From Camelus ferus (lineage: Eukaryota), in assembly GCF_009834535.1 (NCBI RefSeq), contig NC_045696.1, positions 103,604,001 through 103,668,000 on the forward strand: 64,000 nt of DNA, written 5' to 3'. Within the stretch, counting starts at the first letter, position 1, and each line of letters begins with the position of its first letter. A program made the translations under genes and the position numbers. This document shows, piece after piece, positions 38,250 through 52,440 of the stretch. The notes beneath the pieces were generated by a model that was not told the DNA's origin, made no database searches, and saw only the letters and a program-made list of their open reading frames with translations.

Positions 38250-41200
38250 AGGTAAATGGACTGTAACACAAAGATGAGCAAGTCACAAAAAAAAAATCAC
38301 CAGATGAGGAAAATCAGCACTCTGAAGAGAGACACACATACAACAAACAGAATACATCTGAGGAAATCAGGGGTATAATAAATTAGTGGGCAGAGGAGAA
38401 TATCTTTGGGTACCAACCTCCATGGGGCACCACAAAGATTCCAGAGAACTTTAGAATTTTGCAGGAAGTTTCCGTCTTGATTTGTTGAATACACAAAGCA
38501 TGCACATACCTAGAACCACGGTGTCTGTTCATTTCTAGACAAATTATGACACAGCATATGTAGAGAAAGCGCATTGCTCCCAGGCACGTGTGATGTCATC
38601 AGTTAATAGTGTTAACTGGAAAGAACTGCAAGGTGCACTAGTAAAACGGGGGATTTTACTGAGGACTCTCCAAACGTAGAGTACAAAAGGGACAAAGAAA
38701 CAAAGTAATAGTGTTAAGAGCCACGGTGGATGAATTTAGAAGTTTCAGTATCTGTCTAATAAGCATTCCAGAAACAGAACAGAAAGAGTGTTCAGAAGAA
38801 AATTACCAATGAGAATGTCCCAGAGATGAAAGTAGAAATCTTCAGATTGAAACGATCCAACAAGTGCTAAGCAGGATGGAAGAAAAAAGATAATACCTAG
38901 CCAGTGGGCAGTAAAATATTAAAACCTGCAGCTTAAAGAAAGTCCTGGGAGTTTCTAGGGAGAAGAATCAAGATTGAGAATCAGAATGACATCAAAATTC
39001 TCACCATCAACAAGGGAAACTAGCAAACCATGGAATAGTATCTTCAAAGTTCTGTGGGAAATGATTTTAAATCCAATTTAAATTTTACCCTTCTAGAGTA
39101 AGGGTAGAATACAGACTTTGTTGGTTTTTATATGCAAGGACTCAGAAAATTTATCAGCCCTAAAGTCCATCTGAAATAATTCCTTGAGGATATATTCCTG
39201 CAAAATAAATAAGAATGCAGGAAAAAGACAAGTGTGTTATATAAGAAATAGTACTGGGCAAAGAAAAACTTAATAAGAATAGATAGAAAATCATTAAAAC
39301 ATAATATAAAATGGTAAAAGAGAACGTAGCACTAAAATTTCAGATGACTTCATTAGGCAGATGATAGGAAAAAAATAAACTGAAAACATATTCACGTTCT
39401 TTCTCAACTTGCATGGAGACTGTGATTAACTGCAGACGTTAAGATAAATATGTAAATTTAACCTGTTAACAATTTAAAGGCAGAAACAGGATGCCCAAGT
39501 TTCTCACTAAATAGATAATGTGAGCATGTGTGGGACTGATTATTCCAACAAAAAGGCAGGAAAAAAAATAAACCCAATAAATAGAAAAGCCTAATAAACA
39601 GAATATACAAAACAAAGTAGCTATTACTTTGTGTTAAATGTGAGTGCATTAAATTTCCCTATTAAATGACTAAAATCCAGATTTGGCTAAAATCACCATT
39701 ATCGTCTCAAAAAGTTAAACACAGTAAGTTACCCATATGACTCACTGATTCCACTCTTGAGTACAGACCATGAGAACTGAAAACACATGTCCACACAAAA
39801 ACTTGTACATGAATGTTCACAGCAGCATTATTCACAATAGTAAAAAACTGGAAACAATCTAAATGTATATCAACTGATGAACTGATAAAATTTGGAATAT
39901 ATCCAAACAATGGAATATTATTCAGCCATAAAAGGAATAAAGTACTGATTCATGCTGCATCATGGATTAACTTTGAAAACATTATGCTAAGTGAAAGAAG
40001 CCAGTTATAAAAGGTTATATATTTAGGTCCATTTATATGAAATGTCCAACAGGCAGATCCATAGAGACAGAAAGCAGATCTGTGTCTGCCAGGGACTGGG
40101 AGAAGGGACGAACAGGCAGTGACTGTTAACAGGTATAGGTTTTCTTTTGGGGGGATGAAAATGTTCTGTAACTAGTGCTCATTGTACAACTTTGTGAATA
40201 TACTAAAAATCAACTGTACACTTTAAACGGGTGAATTTTATGGTATGTGAATTGTATCTCCATCAAAAAAAACCCATTACCACCACAAGAAAAAAAGAGG
40301 TCCAGCTATTTACCGGTTTCAAGGAACACAGCTAAATAACCACAAGTCTATTTTCTGATAGTAGTTGGTTGAGTAACTCCATTCCTCAGGAAGTAAGTAT
40401 AAAACTGGGCAAATTATTAAAAACAACCACTTTGGGGCACTGGAAAACCACCAAAGGCAGGCCAAACTCTGAGACGCGCTAACTCATGGACGACTGCTAC
40501 TGCACAGGGTAAGGACTGTGAGTTTATGGTCTTCCTCCCTGGGGGTGTTTCCAGAATTCCCCCGCTCAGGGAAAACTCACAGCTTTACTGGCTGGAATTT
40601 ACAGATTCAGCTTAAGGGTGAGATTTTGAAAATAAGAGAGTTTTTTTAAAACAAGGCTGAGATAATGAACTCTCCACATCCGTGGCTGACTGCTAAAGCC
40701 ACATGTATGTAAACCATCCCAGAGAGTCCAGAAAAAGTGGGAAGTCTGTAAGACTTGTGAATTTGCTGTGCCTCTGAATGTGTTCCGGCTCACACGCAGC
40801 TCAGGTGAGAAGACCTACTGGCTTCAGGTATTCGAGCTCTATGTGCAAATCACTGGCTGACGCCAACTGAGCAAGCTCAGGTGAGACCCCTAGGGAGGCA
40901 GATGGGATTAGGGAAAAAACCCAAAATCTGAGCAAAGACAATAGCAGCCATACACTGACAGACAGAAGAAAAAGAGAGAAAGACACACACACACGTACAC
41001 TGCATGTGAGTCTAGGTAAACTTTCAGAAGAACAAACAGAATCCAGACACACTACAATGTATTATCTACAATGTCCAGTTTTTAACCCAAAATAAGATAC
41101 GGAAAGAAATAGGAAAGTGTGACCCATACTGGGGAAAGAAAGCAGACAACTGAAAATGACTGAGTGGATTCAGATGTTGAATTTATTCTCTTAGTGAGCA

Positions 41201-44200
41201 AAGACCTCAAAGCAGCCATTATAAATATGTTCAAATAATTCAAGGAAGATACGCTAATAATGACTGAACAAATATGGACTCTAATCAGAAAAATGGAAAC
41301 TATAAAAAGAAACAAGTAGAAATTCTAGAGCTGAAAAGCACAATAAATAGAATGAAAAATTCACTGTGTGAGCTGAAGAGCAGATTTGAGATGAGAAACA
41401 ATCAATGAGCTTAAATAGAAATTATCTACTCTAAGGAACAAAGATAAAAAAAGAATGACAAGTGAAGTGACTCTCAGAGAGATCTGTGAGACACTATCAA
41501 GTATGCCTGAGTGTCGGACGGAGAGAAAAGGGGCAGGAAAAATATTTGAAGAAACAAGTAAAAAATTGCCCAAATCTTGTGAAAAACATTAGCTTATGGT
41601 TTAAAGAAATTCAAATCCCAACAACGTCTTGAAAAATTTCAACTGTCAAGTAGTACATTTTATGCCCATTGTAATAACAAAAAAGAAAAAGGAGTGGTGA
41701 TATAAAGAGTGGGAAAAATATGGGAAAGTCTTACTTTAATGAAGTTCAATTTATCTTAAAAATGTTTAGTGCTTCTAATATCCTAAGAAATTCCTGCATA
41801 CTCCATGGTTATAAAGATAGTCCCCCGCGTTCTCACCAAGGCCAATGATCCTGTCATCTTGAATTAAATTTTGTGTGTAGTACGAGGTAAGGTGAGGTTC
41901 ATTTTCTTTCCATGTTTATCCAGTTGTTCCAGCAACATCTGCCGAGAAGACTCTCCTTTTCCAACTGCACTGCCTTGACACTTTGTCAAAACTGAATTGA
42001 CCATATTTATGTGTATATGTGTGTGTGTGTTTCTGGACTCTTGTCTGTTCATCGAGCTCTCTAGCTCTTGTGCCAAAATTTCAGTCTTGAATCCTGTAGC
42101 TTTATGGTAAGTCTTAGTTCTCCAACTTCGGTCTATTTCTTCAGCATTGCATCAGCTCTGTTAAATCCTTTGTTTTCCCATTGACATAGATTTTAGAATC
42201 AACTTGTCAATTTTTACAAAAAAAACTTGCTAGGATTTGGAGTGGGACTGTGTTAAAACAAGATGAATTTAAGAAGTGACTTCTTAAAATATACTGAATC
42301 TTCAAATCTATAAACATGATGTATGTCTTCTCCTTCCATTTCAGGTCTCCTTTATTTTATCTCAGCAATGTTTGGTCATTTTCACTAAGTCTTATACTTA
42401 TTCTAAAAAATTATTCCTAAGTATTTTAGGTGGTTGTTTTTGAAGAGGAATGCTGCTTTATAAATGGTGTTATTTTTAGAATTTCAATTTTCTAACAGTT
42501 TGATGCTAGGTTATATAAATACAACTGATCTTTATATATGCATTATGTATCCTAAGGCCTTGCTAAATTCACTTATTAGTTTAAGTAGTTGTTTTGAAGA
42601 CTCCTTAGGATTTTTTATGTAACTCTGTATGCCCTTTTCTTCCTTTTCTTTTTTTTCCCATTTTTTGGAGGAGGGGTTGTCCTACTGCATTGTTTACAAC
42701 CTCCAGTACAATGCTGAACAGAACTGATTAAACTGGATAATCCTTTCTTTGCTCCCGAGTTTAGATATGATGTTACATTTGTTCTAATTATTGGTATAGT
42801 TGGGCTTACACTATCATTTTGGTATTTGTTTTCTATTTGTCCCATATGATTTTTGTGCCTCTGTTCTTCCTCTCCTGCCGTATTTATTTTTTGGGCAGGG
42901 GAGAGGAGATGGGTTAGCCTTTTTTTAAAGTTTTGTTTTACAGATTATTATATATATAGCCTTAACTCATTACAATCTACTTAAAATTATTCTTGTGTCA
43001 CTTCACATTAAATGTAAGAGCCTTACAGTAATTTACTCCATCCTCTTCCTTGGTGCTACTGTTGTCATGTATTTTACATCTAAATTTGTTATATACTCTA
43101 CAGTTATAAACTCTACAGTTCAATGTTAATGTTGCATGGAACAGCTGCTTTTTAAAGAAATCAAGGGAAAATACAGTATTTATGTACATATTTACCATTT
43201 CGGTGCTCTTTATTCCTTCCTGCAGATCTAAGTTTCTATCTGGTGTTATTTCACTTCAGCTTGAAGAATCTCCTTTAGCATTTCCTATAGTGCAAGCCTG
43301 CTTGCAGTCTATCTAAGTTTCATTTATGAAAGAAATTTTCACTAGAATTCTAGGTTGGGAACTTTTTTCCTTCAGCACTTGAGAGACATCCTTCCACTGT
43401 CTTTAGCTTTGGTTACTTCTTATGAGAAGTTAGCTGTTAAGTGTATTCTCCTGTACGTAATCTGTCTTTTGTTCCTCTGCTTTTCAGATTTTCCCTTTAT
43501 CTTTGGTTTGATTATTATATGTCTAAGTATGATTTTCTTTGTATTTACTATGCTTGGCATTCCCTGATTTTCTTAGATATGTAAGGTAATGTTTTTCACC
43601 AAATCTGGGAAATTTTAGGCCATTATTTCTTCAAATACTTTTTTCTGCCTCACTCTTTCTGTATTTTCCTTCTGGAATACCAACCATGCATATATTAGAT
43701 ATTGTCCTACAAGTCACTGAGGTTCTGTCCATTCCTACCCACCCCCCAATCTTTTTCCTCTATGTTCTTTGAGTGGATAATTTCTATTGCTCTGTCTTCA
43801 AGTTCACTGAACCTTTCTTCTGACATCTCCAACCTGCTGTTAAGCCTATCCAATAAATTTTTCATTTCCAATATTGTACTTTTCAATTCCAGATTTCCAT
43901 TTGATTCTTTTTTATAGTTTCTATTTTTTTCTTTTGCTGGAATCCCCCATCTCTTTATGCATGATGACTATCTTTTCCATTAAATCCTCAAAATATTCAT
44001 AATAGCTTTAAAGTCCCTGTCTGCTAATTCCAATGTGTAGACCGATAGGGTCTACTTCTATTGATTAGTTTTTCTTTTGACTAGTGTCACATTTTCCTGT
44101 TTCTTCTCAACATTGTTAATGTTTCATTGTATAATGAACATTATGAATGACACATTGTGGAAACTGGATTCAGTTATCTTCCTTGGAAGAATTATAGCAT

Positions 44201-44720
44201 TAATCATCTGGAGGCTTGGTTTTATACTTTATTTATATGATACTTTCTTTATTCTTAATCCTGGGACATAGTCTTCTGAGCCAATACCCTCTCGAGATTT
44301 CAATGAAAATTCCAAACTCTGTCTCTGAGGAGGAAAGAAACTGAGACCTCTGCTCATCTTTTTTAATCTTTCAGTTATTGCTTTTCACTAGCCTCTTTGA
44401 AGTTCCCCCTAGCATGAGCAGTTCAAGAGTCAGCTGAAGATTTCAGGGGAGTTCACATGCAGATTGGAGGGCTCATCCTCATTACCTCCTTAATCTCTGG
44501 CTTCTCTGGCAGTTTGAACTCTGCCCTTTGACACCTCAAGCCAATAAAACTATAGCTTTCTGCTTGAATTTTAACCACTTCATACTGCACAGGTTGGGAG
44601 TGCTTTCAGGAGGAAAAGCCAAATAAACATAAATCTCACCCAGCATGGCTCTCATCTTTGAAGTGTCAAATTCTTTGGAGAGTTGTTTTACATATTCTGC
44701 CTAAAGTTTATACTTATTAT
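38250..44720. mobile_element. Mosaic of old L1M fragments in both orientations in the 13.5-kb RASA2 intron
   Basis: ORF1-like A-rich remnants; 3' end MFTAALFTIVKNWKQSKC (39813-40010); minus-strand ORF2/ORF1 remnants at 41730-44700. Confidence 0.7.
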
Positions 44721-44779
44721 CTATGAAAGAGTTAGTCTAGCACAAGCTTCTTTCCTATTATTAGAACTCACATGTCTAT

Positions 44780-45685
44780 TTTTAAAAAGGCAGCTTCATC
44801 AGTCTACTTGTGTAAGCCTGAATCTTTGGACTTATCCTTGACTTTTCTCACTCTTGATATGTGATCCTCGAATCATATCTTGTGCAGTAAGTACTATCTT
44901 TAAAACAGATCCAGAATGTGATACACTTTTACAACCTCCACTGCTACTAACACATCCAAGCTATTACCTTGTCTCCCCTGGATTATTGCAATAGCCTCTT
45001 AATTGGTCTCCTTGACCCCCCGTTCATTCTATTCTCCACACAGAATAGAGTGTATGGAGATTGATTACTCAGCAAGAGTGATCAATCTTATTAAAATGTA
45101 AGTCAAATGATGTCATTCCTTTGCTTAAAACTCTCCAGTGCCTTTCCATCTTATTCAAAGTCTCCCACAAAGCCCTATAATATCTAGCTTCTCCATGATC
45201 TTTTTGACCTCAATTCCTATGATTACCCCCTTACTCATTTTTCTGTAGTTACAAAAGCATTCTCTTATCTCCTGAATACTCCAGGCATACTTCTGTTTCA
45301 GGGCCTTTGTAACCAGCTGCTGTTAGCTATGTCTACATCACTACTACTCCAAATATCCACATAGCTCACTCCTTCACCCTCTTTAGGTCTTTCCTCAAAT
45401 ATCACTTTCTCAGTGAAGCCTTCCTTGGCTAGACTTTTAATATTGCAATTCTCCACATTAAGCCCATCATTCTCTATTCTCTTTCCCTGCTTTACTTTTG
45501 TCCCTGTCCTTTATAATTATCCTATATGCTATACAAAAATTTTCTTTATTGTTTATCACTACTAAACTGTAAGATTCATGGGGGTAAGAATTTTGTTATG
45601 TTTTGTTCACTACTGTTTTCTCCAGAGCTTCAACAGCATCTGGCATACAGTAGGCCCTCAATAAAATATCTGTTGAATGTAATGC
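44780..45685 (+). mobile_element. L2 LINE 3' fragment
   Basis: cctggattattgcaatagcctcttaattggtctcc; tctggcatacagtaggccctcaataaaatatctgttgaatg end. Confidence 0.75.
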
Positions 45686-48600
45686 ATAATCAAATCAATG
45701 GTGTTCTTTAGCTATTAAAGAAAAAAAAAAACCACAGAGCCCTGTGTGTGAAAATATGAAAAGGTAAACCAAGTCAACCTAAATGTATTGAGATTTATGT
45801 TTAAAACATCATGGAAATCTCTTTTATATTGTTCATAGGTTATATGAGGTAGAATACTGATATCATATAGAAGTTGTGTAGGCTCTATGTATGTATCTGT
45901 GTATGATAGGTCATCCAAAAGCAAACAATATCTAATCAAGTTTGGAGACTACAAACGGAATTTCAGAGGTGAATTTGTTAATAATCTATTATTAGTAAGT
46001 TTGGTGGAAATTTTAGAAACCTAGAGCAGTGGTTCTTAATATAATTCAAATAGCGTATCTGGAAGACATGATGTTCTCTGAAGAACACCATTTACTAAAA
46101 ACACTTACTAAATGCCTTAATGAAGGTAGTAAAAACACAGTCCCTACCACTGAGGATCTTAAAGACTAGGGCAAGAGACAGATAAAAGTAATGATCACAC
46201 AGAGTGACAGAAGTCATCACTAATGTGCTTAAGAAACGCAGTAAGAGACTATTCAACTGAGGTGGCCAGAGGCTTTATGAAAATGACCTCCATGAAGAGC
46301 TGACACTTGATCTGAGGCTTAAAGGACAACAGATCACACAGGTCAAAAAGGAAAGAATAGGATTTCTTGGTGGAGCAAATGCAAAAGCATGAATGTAAAA
46401 GAGCACAACTTACAGGAACTGCGAGAGCTAGTCTGGCGAAGAGACACATGGAGGATGTAAAAGATGAGGCTGGAAGAGACAGAAGAGGAAGAGGCTGGAA
46501 CATCAGTAACATGTCTGATTCCAGCATACAACTAAGAGAACTTTTACTTGTAGGACACGACTCCATTACAGCACGGCAATATCAATCCATAACCATAACC
46601 ACACAGATCCATAAAAAACTGTCAAGGTAATCACAACTGATAGCTGACTGAATGCCCTATGATACTCATTTTCCACCTGTCAATTTAGTTACATTGAGGA
46701 TGAGTTGCTTACTATTGCTTGGCAGCAATTACCTCAGTGGGCATCAAAATTTAATAACTCACTTAAGAAAAATCCTTAAAATTGAGAAAATTCTATTAAT
46801 TACTTTTCCAGTAAATTGGAAAAAGACTGTATTTTTGATTCTAAGTGGTAGAAATACTTGATTCCAAATACTAGTGTCCAGTAGGAGGAAAGAATGAAAG
46901 ACTCAGTAACTTAGAGCTGTGTTACAGAACACCTGGGAGGCGCGCTTTCAGACACCAAAGTCACAAAGTGTAAAAAGAGACTACTTAACTAGCAGTCTTA
47001 GCTCTCCAGAAAACTGCGAGGGAAAAGGAAGTAAGCAAAATATTTGTTGAACGACCAAAGAGAGACTCCAAAGCCTAGGTATTTTATTCATAGATTGAAA
47101 GTCCTGAAATCTTCAATCAAAACCTTTTAATATTAGCATAATTTTAACAAACACAGTACCTATATCCTCACTCACAGTACATTAGCAGTAAAAAATGGAG
47201 GTAGGTGGTAGAGGTGGGAATGAGATGTTACATTATGGTTCACTGACAGCACAAGAAATTTAAGGTGACAGCCTGAACATAAAGGGGAAAAAGAAAAACT
47301 GTATAAAGCAAACACGGGAATACAAACAAGCACAGCAGTCCAAGGCATGTAGCTGGGAAGTAAACAGCTGCACACACCCATAAGCAGCCCTGAAAACATC
47401 ACTAAATCAGAGTACTATATAATAATTATTATTATCAATGACAGCCCCAAGTCATCTAGAAAACGTTAACTTACGTTCAATGAACTCTTTTTTAGAAGGC
47501 AGGGAAGCATGTAATACATTTTGGAAAAATCCAACAAAATAGTTAAAACAAAAAGCATGGATGCTTAAAACTGTAGGCTTTGGTAAATAATCTTGAAATT
47601 TCATATAACAGACCTCATTCCTCCAATGCCATTCCAACATGTTAAATCTCTTAAGGCCTGAAAATAATGTAACTTCTATTATGTCTATTTTATACGTTAG
47701 AGCAGTCTAATCACTATGCAGAATTTTATCCTCACAAGATCACTGCACAGAAGTTCTTGAGAACTGTGGATGGGCTCTGGCTATATGAACTCTCTGAAAT
47801 TATATGCAAGATTCTGTGTCTAAGTTTGTGGGTGCATTTTTCTGGAGGAAAGGGTCCAAAACTATCATCTAACTCTTAAAGTCTTAAGTGAAAGAAGACT
47901 TTAGAATACTGGTTAGATTAGAAAATAAAAGAGGAGAAAATAGCTAATTTATTCATAGCGAATGACTAACTTACCTTAAATTTCATTTCAATGTACTAGT
48001 AATATAAACATAATTAGCATATTATGACAGCTATTTTTTAAATGTTGCTCTATACATGAGAGCATTTATATAGTATTCAACATCAGCTGTCACTTCTAAA
48101 ACATTCAAAATATGCTTAGCTTAAAGAATGCTGTCTGGAAGGGTAAGTATGGGCAGGAATGTAGCCTACTGATTTCTAGTCATTCAAATATTTACATTCC
48201 ACAACAAATGATCAGGGTGCCTAAAAATATAGTGCATTTGGCTCCTTATGTCTTACTAGTATACTTGAACATATGGAGTCTTTCTGGCTAAGCCATTCTA
48301 AGGAATTATGATACAAAAACATTTTTTTTTCACTCTGCTCTTCAAGAATCTCCACTGAAGCATTCTACTTAATTTGAGTCTACATTCTCTTGAAAGTACT
48401 CTATGTCTGGTGTTTGTTTTATCATTTCAGAAATTATACCAGAAGTTCCTTTAACAGATCTTTACTTAACAGAGTTGATGGATTAACCAAGACTCTCCAT
48501 CTCCTCTGTAAAACATACTAAATGATGCTTATGGGATGCTGAGTGTTGGGGCTGCTAGGGCACTATCTACTAAGCTTGTAACCCTTCCATTTCCATCACT

Positions 48601-49933
48601 TAGGCTGTCCTGATTACCAAGTCCATTGGGTTTGTTCTCAAAACTATTATGCCATTTTTCCACTTTGTAATTATAATTTACTTAAATATTATGTAAAGTG
48701 ACAAAATAAATGCCACCTACCAAGAGGTATATTATTTATTTGAATATCAGGCAAGCACTCTGAAAAGCTTTTCAAAAAAGGAGACTAACACCCATACAAA
48801 TAAAGTTGATTTATATGGTGTGAGACAGCTGTAAAAGGTTAGGGTGACTATCATAAAAATCTAACAGGATTCTATAACTGGATTACTTTTCAAGTATCTA
48901 AGTTCTAGATCCACTTTGGAGAAATCAACCTGAAAACATGCATTTGGGGGATATCTGCACAAGAAAGACAATGGGGAAATCTAAACTTACAGATTCAAAT
49001 TCAAAGAAAAGATCTTGACTCTCTATCAAAAGACAGGTAAACAAATATATAAATATTTAAGATATATGTCTGCATCTTTTTGTTTGTTTTTAAGTGATTC
49101 TTGCTTTAACGGACCTTTCTGGTTAAGTGAACATCTTTGGATCCTGATCACGTTGGATAGAAAGGATTTTACTGTATCAGATCTGTGATCTAGATAAAAG
49201 TGGTTCTTGTTAAGGTATCAGAAGCTGTGGCCATCTATGGATAATGCATTAGCCCAAAGGAATATACTTAAAAGAGAGATTTTAAGCATTATGTCAGTCC
49301 ACTGAGGGACAAACTTTGCCTCTCTGAAGCCCTCAAATCACACTGTAGGAAGATGGCTTTCTTTACTCAAACAGGTAGACAATTTGTGCCTTCTCAGGAG
49401 GCAAATTATTAAAATTCCCATCTTAGATTTAGCTTGGCTAATAGTCTAGAATGAAATCTTTTAACTGAATAGAAATCACAGTCTATGGGATGACTATGGG
49501 AATTTTTGGCTTATATTTTCCAGCAAAACACTGAAATATTGTCATTATTAGATATTAATTCTTACCAATTTGACTCTGGGAGTTAAAGAAACTTCCAAGT
49601 TCTAAAAGGTCTAACTTGTTCCTTATATAGTGACTATAAAACAGGGATTTACCAGGGAGTTTTAGAAAACAGAGCATACTGTAGGGACACCATTTTTAGC
49701 AACACAAGACATTCAATGTGAGAGAAAAATGTAATTTTACATGGTGTCACTTAAATATTTTTTACATTTTTAGTGTGTGTGCATCACTGTGAGAAACTAT
49801 AGACTACAAAAGTATTAGTGAAAAGGTTCACTAGTTACATTAAGCAGCAAAAAAAAAAGAAAAGAAAAGAAAAGAAAGAAACCTTCCCTGGAAACCAGGA
49901 CAAGACCCCACAATAAAGCATAAACACAACTAC

Positions 49934-50040
49934 CTGGCTGCTTGTGGTAGGTGAGCTCTCTGCTTGTTAAGCAGAACCACCGTTTCTTGAAATTCTTTTT
50001 TCCAATCCGAGTTCTTCCCTGAGCTCTTTTATACATCTCC
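49934..50040 (-). CDS. RASA2: RASA2 exon, PH domain basic loop: [35 protein letters not shown](G)
   Basis: 107 nt; cag|G, G|gtagtt; inside ORF 49815..50036. Confidence 0.95.
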
Positions 50041-50572
50041 CTGCCAAAACAACAGATGTAAACATTTAGCTACAAGTATTAAAACAGTTAATCCAAAACA
50101 AAGAATTGTTCTTTAATTTTAAATGACATGAATAGCTGTGTAAGACTATATTAAGTCTTCACCATCTGTAACTCTTGTGTTTATTTTGGCCCTACTAAGG
50201 GAATAAACTCTTTAAATAATTTAATATTTATAATTGCAGTATCCAGAACTAGAGGGGCCACTTGGAGTAATTTTCCCCTTTAACTTCCAAAGATAACACT
50301 ACTTTAAGACTGAATAATGTTGTGACTTTCCCAAAGTACTCCACCATCCATCATCTCATTAAATTTGCGAAACAACTCTGGGACTGCATGGATAAGAAGT
50401 CATTCCTATCTGGAATAAAGCTTACAGGACAGCGAGGGTGACTTACCCACTGATGTTACTTACACAGTTTTAGCACAGAACAAAACCCGGATTTCCTCAC
50501 TCCTGGACCTCTCTGTCCTTACTTAATGTCTATACTGAAATACGACTTTAGTATCTACTTTAATTACATTAC

Positions 50573-50646
50573 CCTTCTTTCAGGTGCACAGGCTCACTCG
50601 TACCACTGGACTCTTTAGTTTCAGTAGATGAAATTTCATCCAAGAA
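50573..50646 (-). CDS. RASA2: RASA2 exon: FLDEISSTETKESSGTSEPVHLKE(G)
   Basis: 74 nt; tag|TTC, GG|gtaatg. Confidence 0.93.
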
Positions 50647-50889
50647 CTAAACGGGGAAATGGGCAAATATTACACTTCGTGATAAGGTGCATCAAATTCA
50701 GTTTATCTTAAATGTCACTGATAGAGAATACCATGAAGTTCTTCATTATTAAGGAACATACATAATTATAATTTATAAAGCAAAACACATATTTAATTGT
50801 AGAGGAAGTCCCCAATTTACATGACAGGTACTCTAAAAAGTTTATTCTTAAGTTACTTAAAATGTAGAATATATTTATTTCCCTGTAGA

Positions 50890-51235
50890 GATAATTCAAC
50901 CCACAATCTCTTAACTGCAACTCTGAAATCTGTAAAGCTCTGAGTGCAAAGAGTTTTTTGGTTTGTTTTTGACTTACAGTAAACTCATTTACAGTAACTT
51001 GACTTAAACTGGTGTAAGGCTATTTATAAGCCTGTATTTCTCCTACTCAGTGTGAATATTCATATACTGAGCTACATAAACATTAATGTGTTTGATTATA
51101 GGCTGTGACCCATGACCCACTGGGTATACTATTATAATATACAGCATATAACTATTATTTGCAAAACTTTGAAAAACTGAATTCTGAAATATTTCTGGTC
51201 CCAAAGATTTTGGATACAGGATTGTGAACCTATAT
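50890..51235. mobile_element. MER46-like TcMar-Tigger DNA transposon relic
   Basis: Imperfect terminal inverted repeats cacaatctctta / tacaggattgtg; tctgaaatatttctggtcccaa. Confidence 0.55.
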
Positions 51236-51241
51236 TGCGGG

Positions 51242-51450
51242 TCAGGAATCATCAAACTATAGCTCATCAGGCCAGATTCAAACTGCAGCCTGTTTCTGTA
51301 AGGCCTGCAAGTCAAGAACAGTTTTGAAATTTTTAAAGAGTCGTAACAACAGAAACAAAGAAGAATATGTTGCAGTGCCCTCATGGGGCCATCAAAGCCT
51401 AAAGTATTTACTCACAGCCCTTTACAGAAAAGAGTGTGCTAACGTCTATT
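51242..51450 (+). mobile_element. MER58A-like hAT relic
   Basis: caaactatagc...ggccagattcaaactgcagcctgttt; aaagcctaaagtatttact...ccctttacagaaaa. Confidence 0.65.
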
Positions 51451-52307
51451 ATAATATATAACTGACTATAGCCCTGAGAGCTAGTATTTCACAGTTATGA
51501 CTGAAGTGTAATTGGGTTCTCTGGAATAACCTGGAGATCTAATAACCATTTATAAACTTCCTTTGGAGAATGTGAGAATGGGGCAGCTCAAAAAATTTTG
51601 GGGTACCCAAATCTAGCCATTTAGTAAAGAGCATTTAGCTTCATGAATATGCTACCTCAACTGGTCAAGAGATTCCTGGCATGCGGCCTTCTCTTCATGC
51701 GAGGAGAGGGAAACCAGGAGTTCAGAACAATTCCTGTTCTTAAAGAGGAATCGTATTTTGCCCCATAAATGAACTATTTGTTTAGTCTTTGTTTTCTCCT
51801 TTACACTTTTCTATATTGTCCCACTAAGGATTTAGAATAAAAACACAGTACATTCCAATAAGGACGACATTGAGGTACCAGTGAATAAAGTAGAATTTGT
51901 GGACACAGTCATTTTCTCCTAAGTCTGGCTGTAGACTGCCCACCAGAACCTCCATTTGTGGGATTTTTCAGTGGAATGTTTACCTCTAGTTTGCTAGAAG
52001 AAATCTCAGTAAGTGAAAAACAAGAACAGAGTTACTTCTGCATTATATGTGGGTGATAAAGAGCAAGTATCCAAGGGAACTAAAGGGTCCCATCACATCT
52101 TCAGTTCTCACAGATGGACCATCTACTCATAGTGTCAAAGAGTTATCCGAAATATTTCATTTCTGAGTATTTGCCTGATTTACGTGACAGATATTATTTA
52201 TAGTAATTATTAAATCTATTATTTATTTGTTGTATTATTAAGGAACTATGAGGTAAATATGGCTACATAAGGTGAAAGAAAACATAATAATTAAGATGGA
52301 CTATAGG

Positions 52308-52440
52308 CAGGGTGAATACAGGTCCCAATTTGCTCAGGACCATCCTTGTCTACAACTTTGGTCCTAGCATATTCAAAGTACTCCTTTTCACTCTTGAAAA
52401 TTTTTTGCAGGTTTGGACACTAAATTATATGGTCACCCTG
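52308..52440. mobile_element. hAT-Blackjack MITE (MER94-like)
   Basis: Terminal inverted repeats cagggtga...tcaccctg, ~133 bp. Confidence 0.6.
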
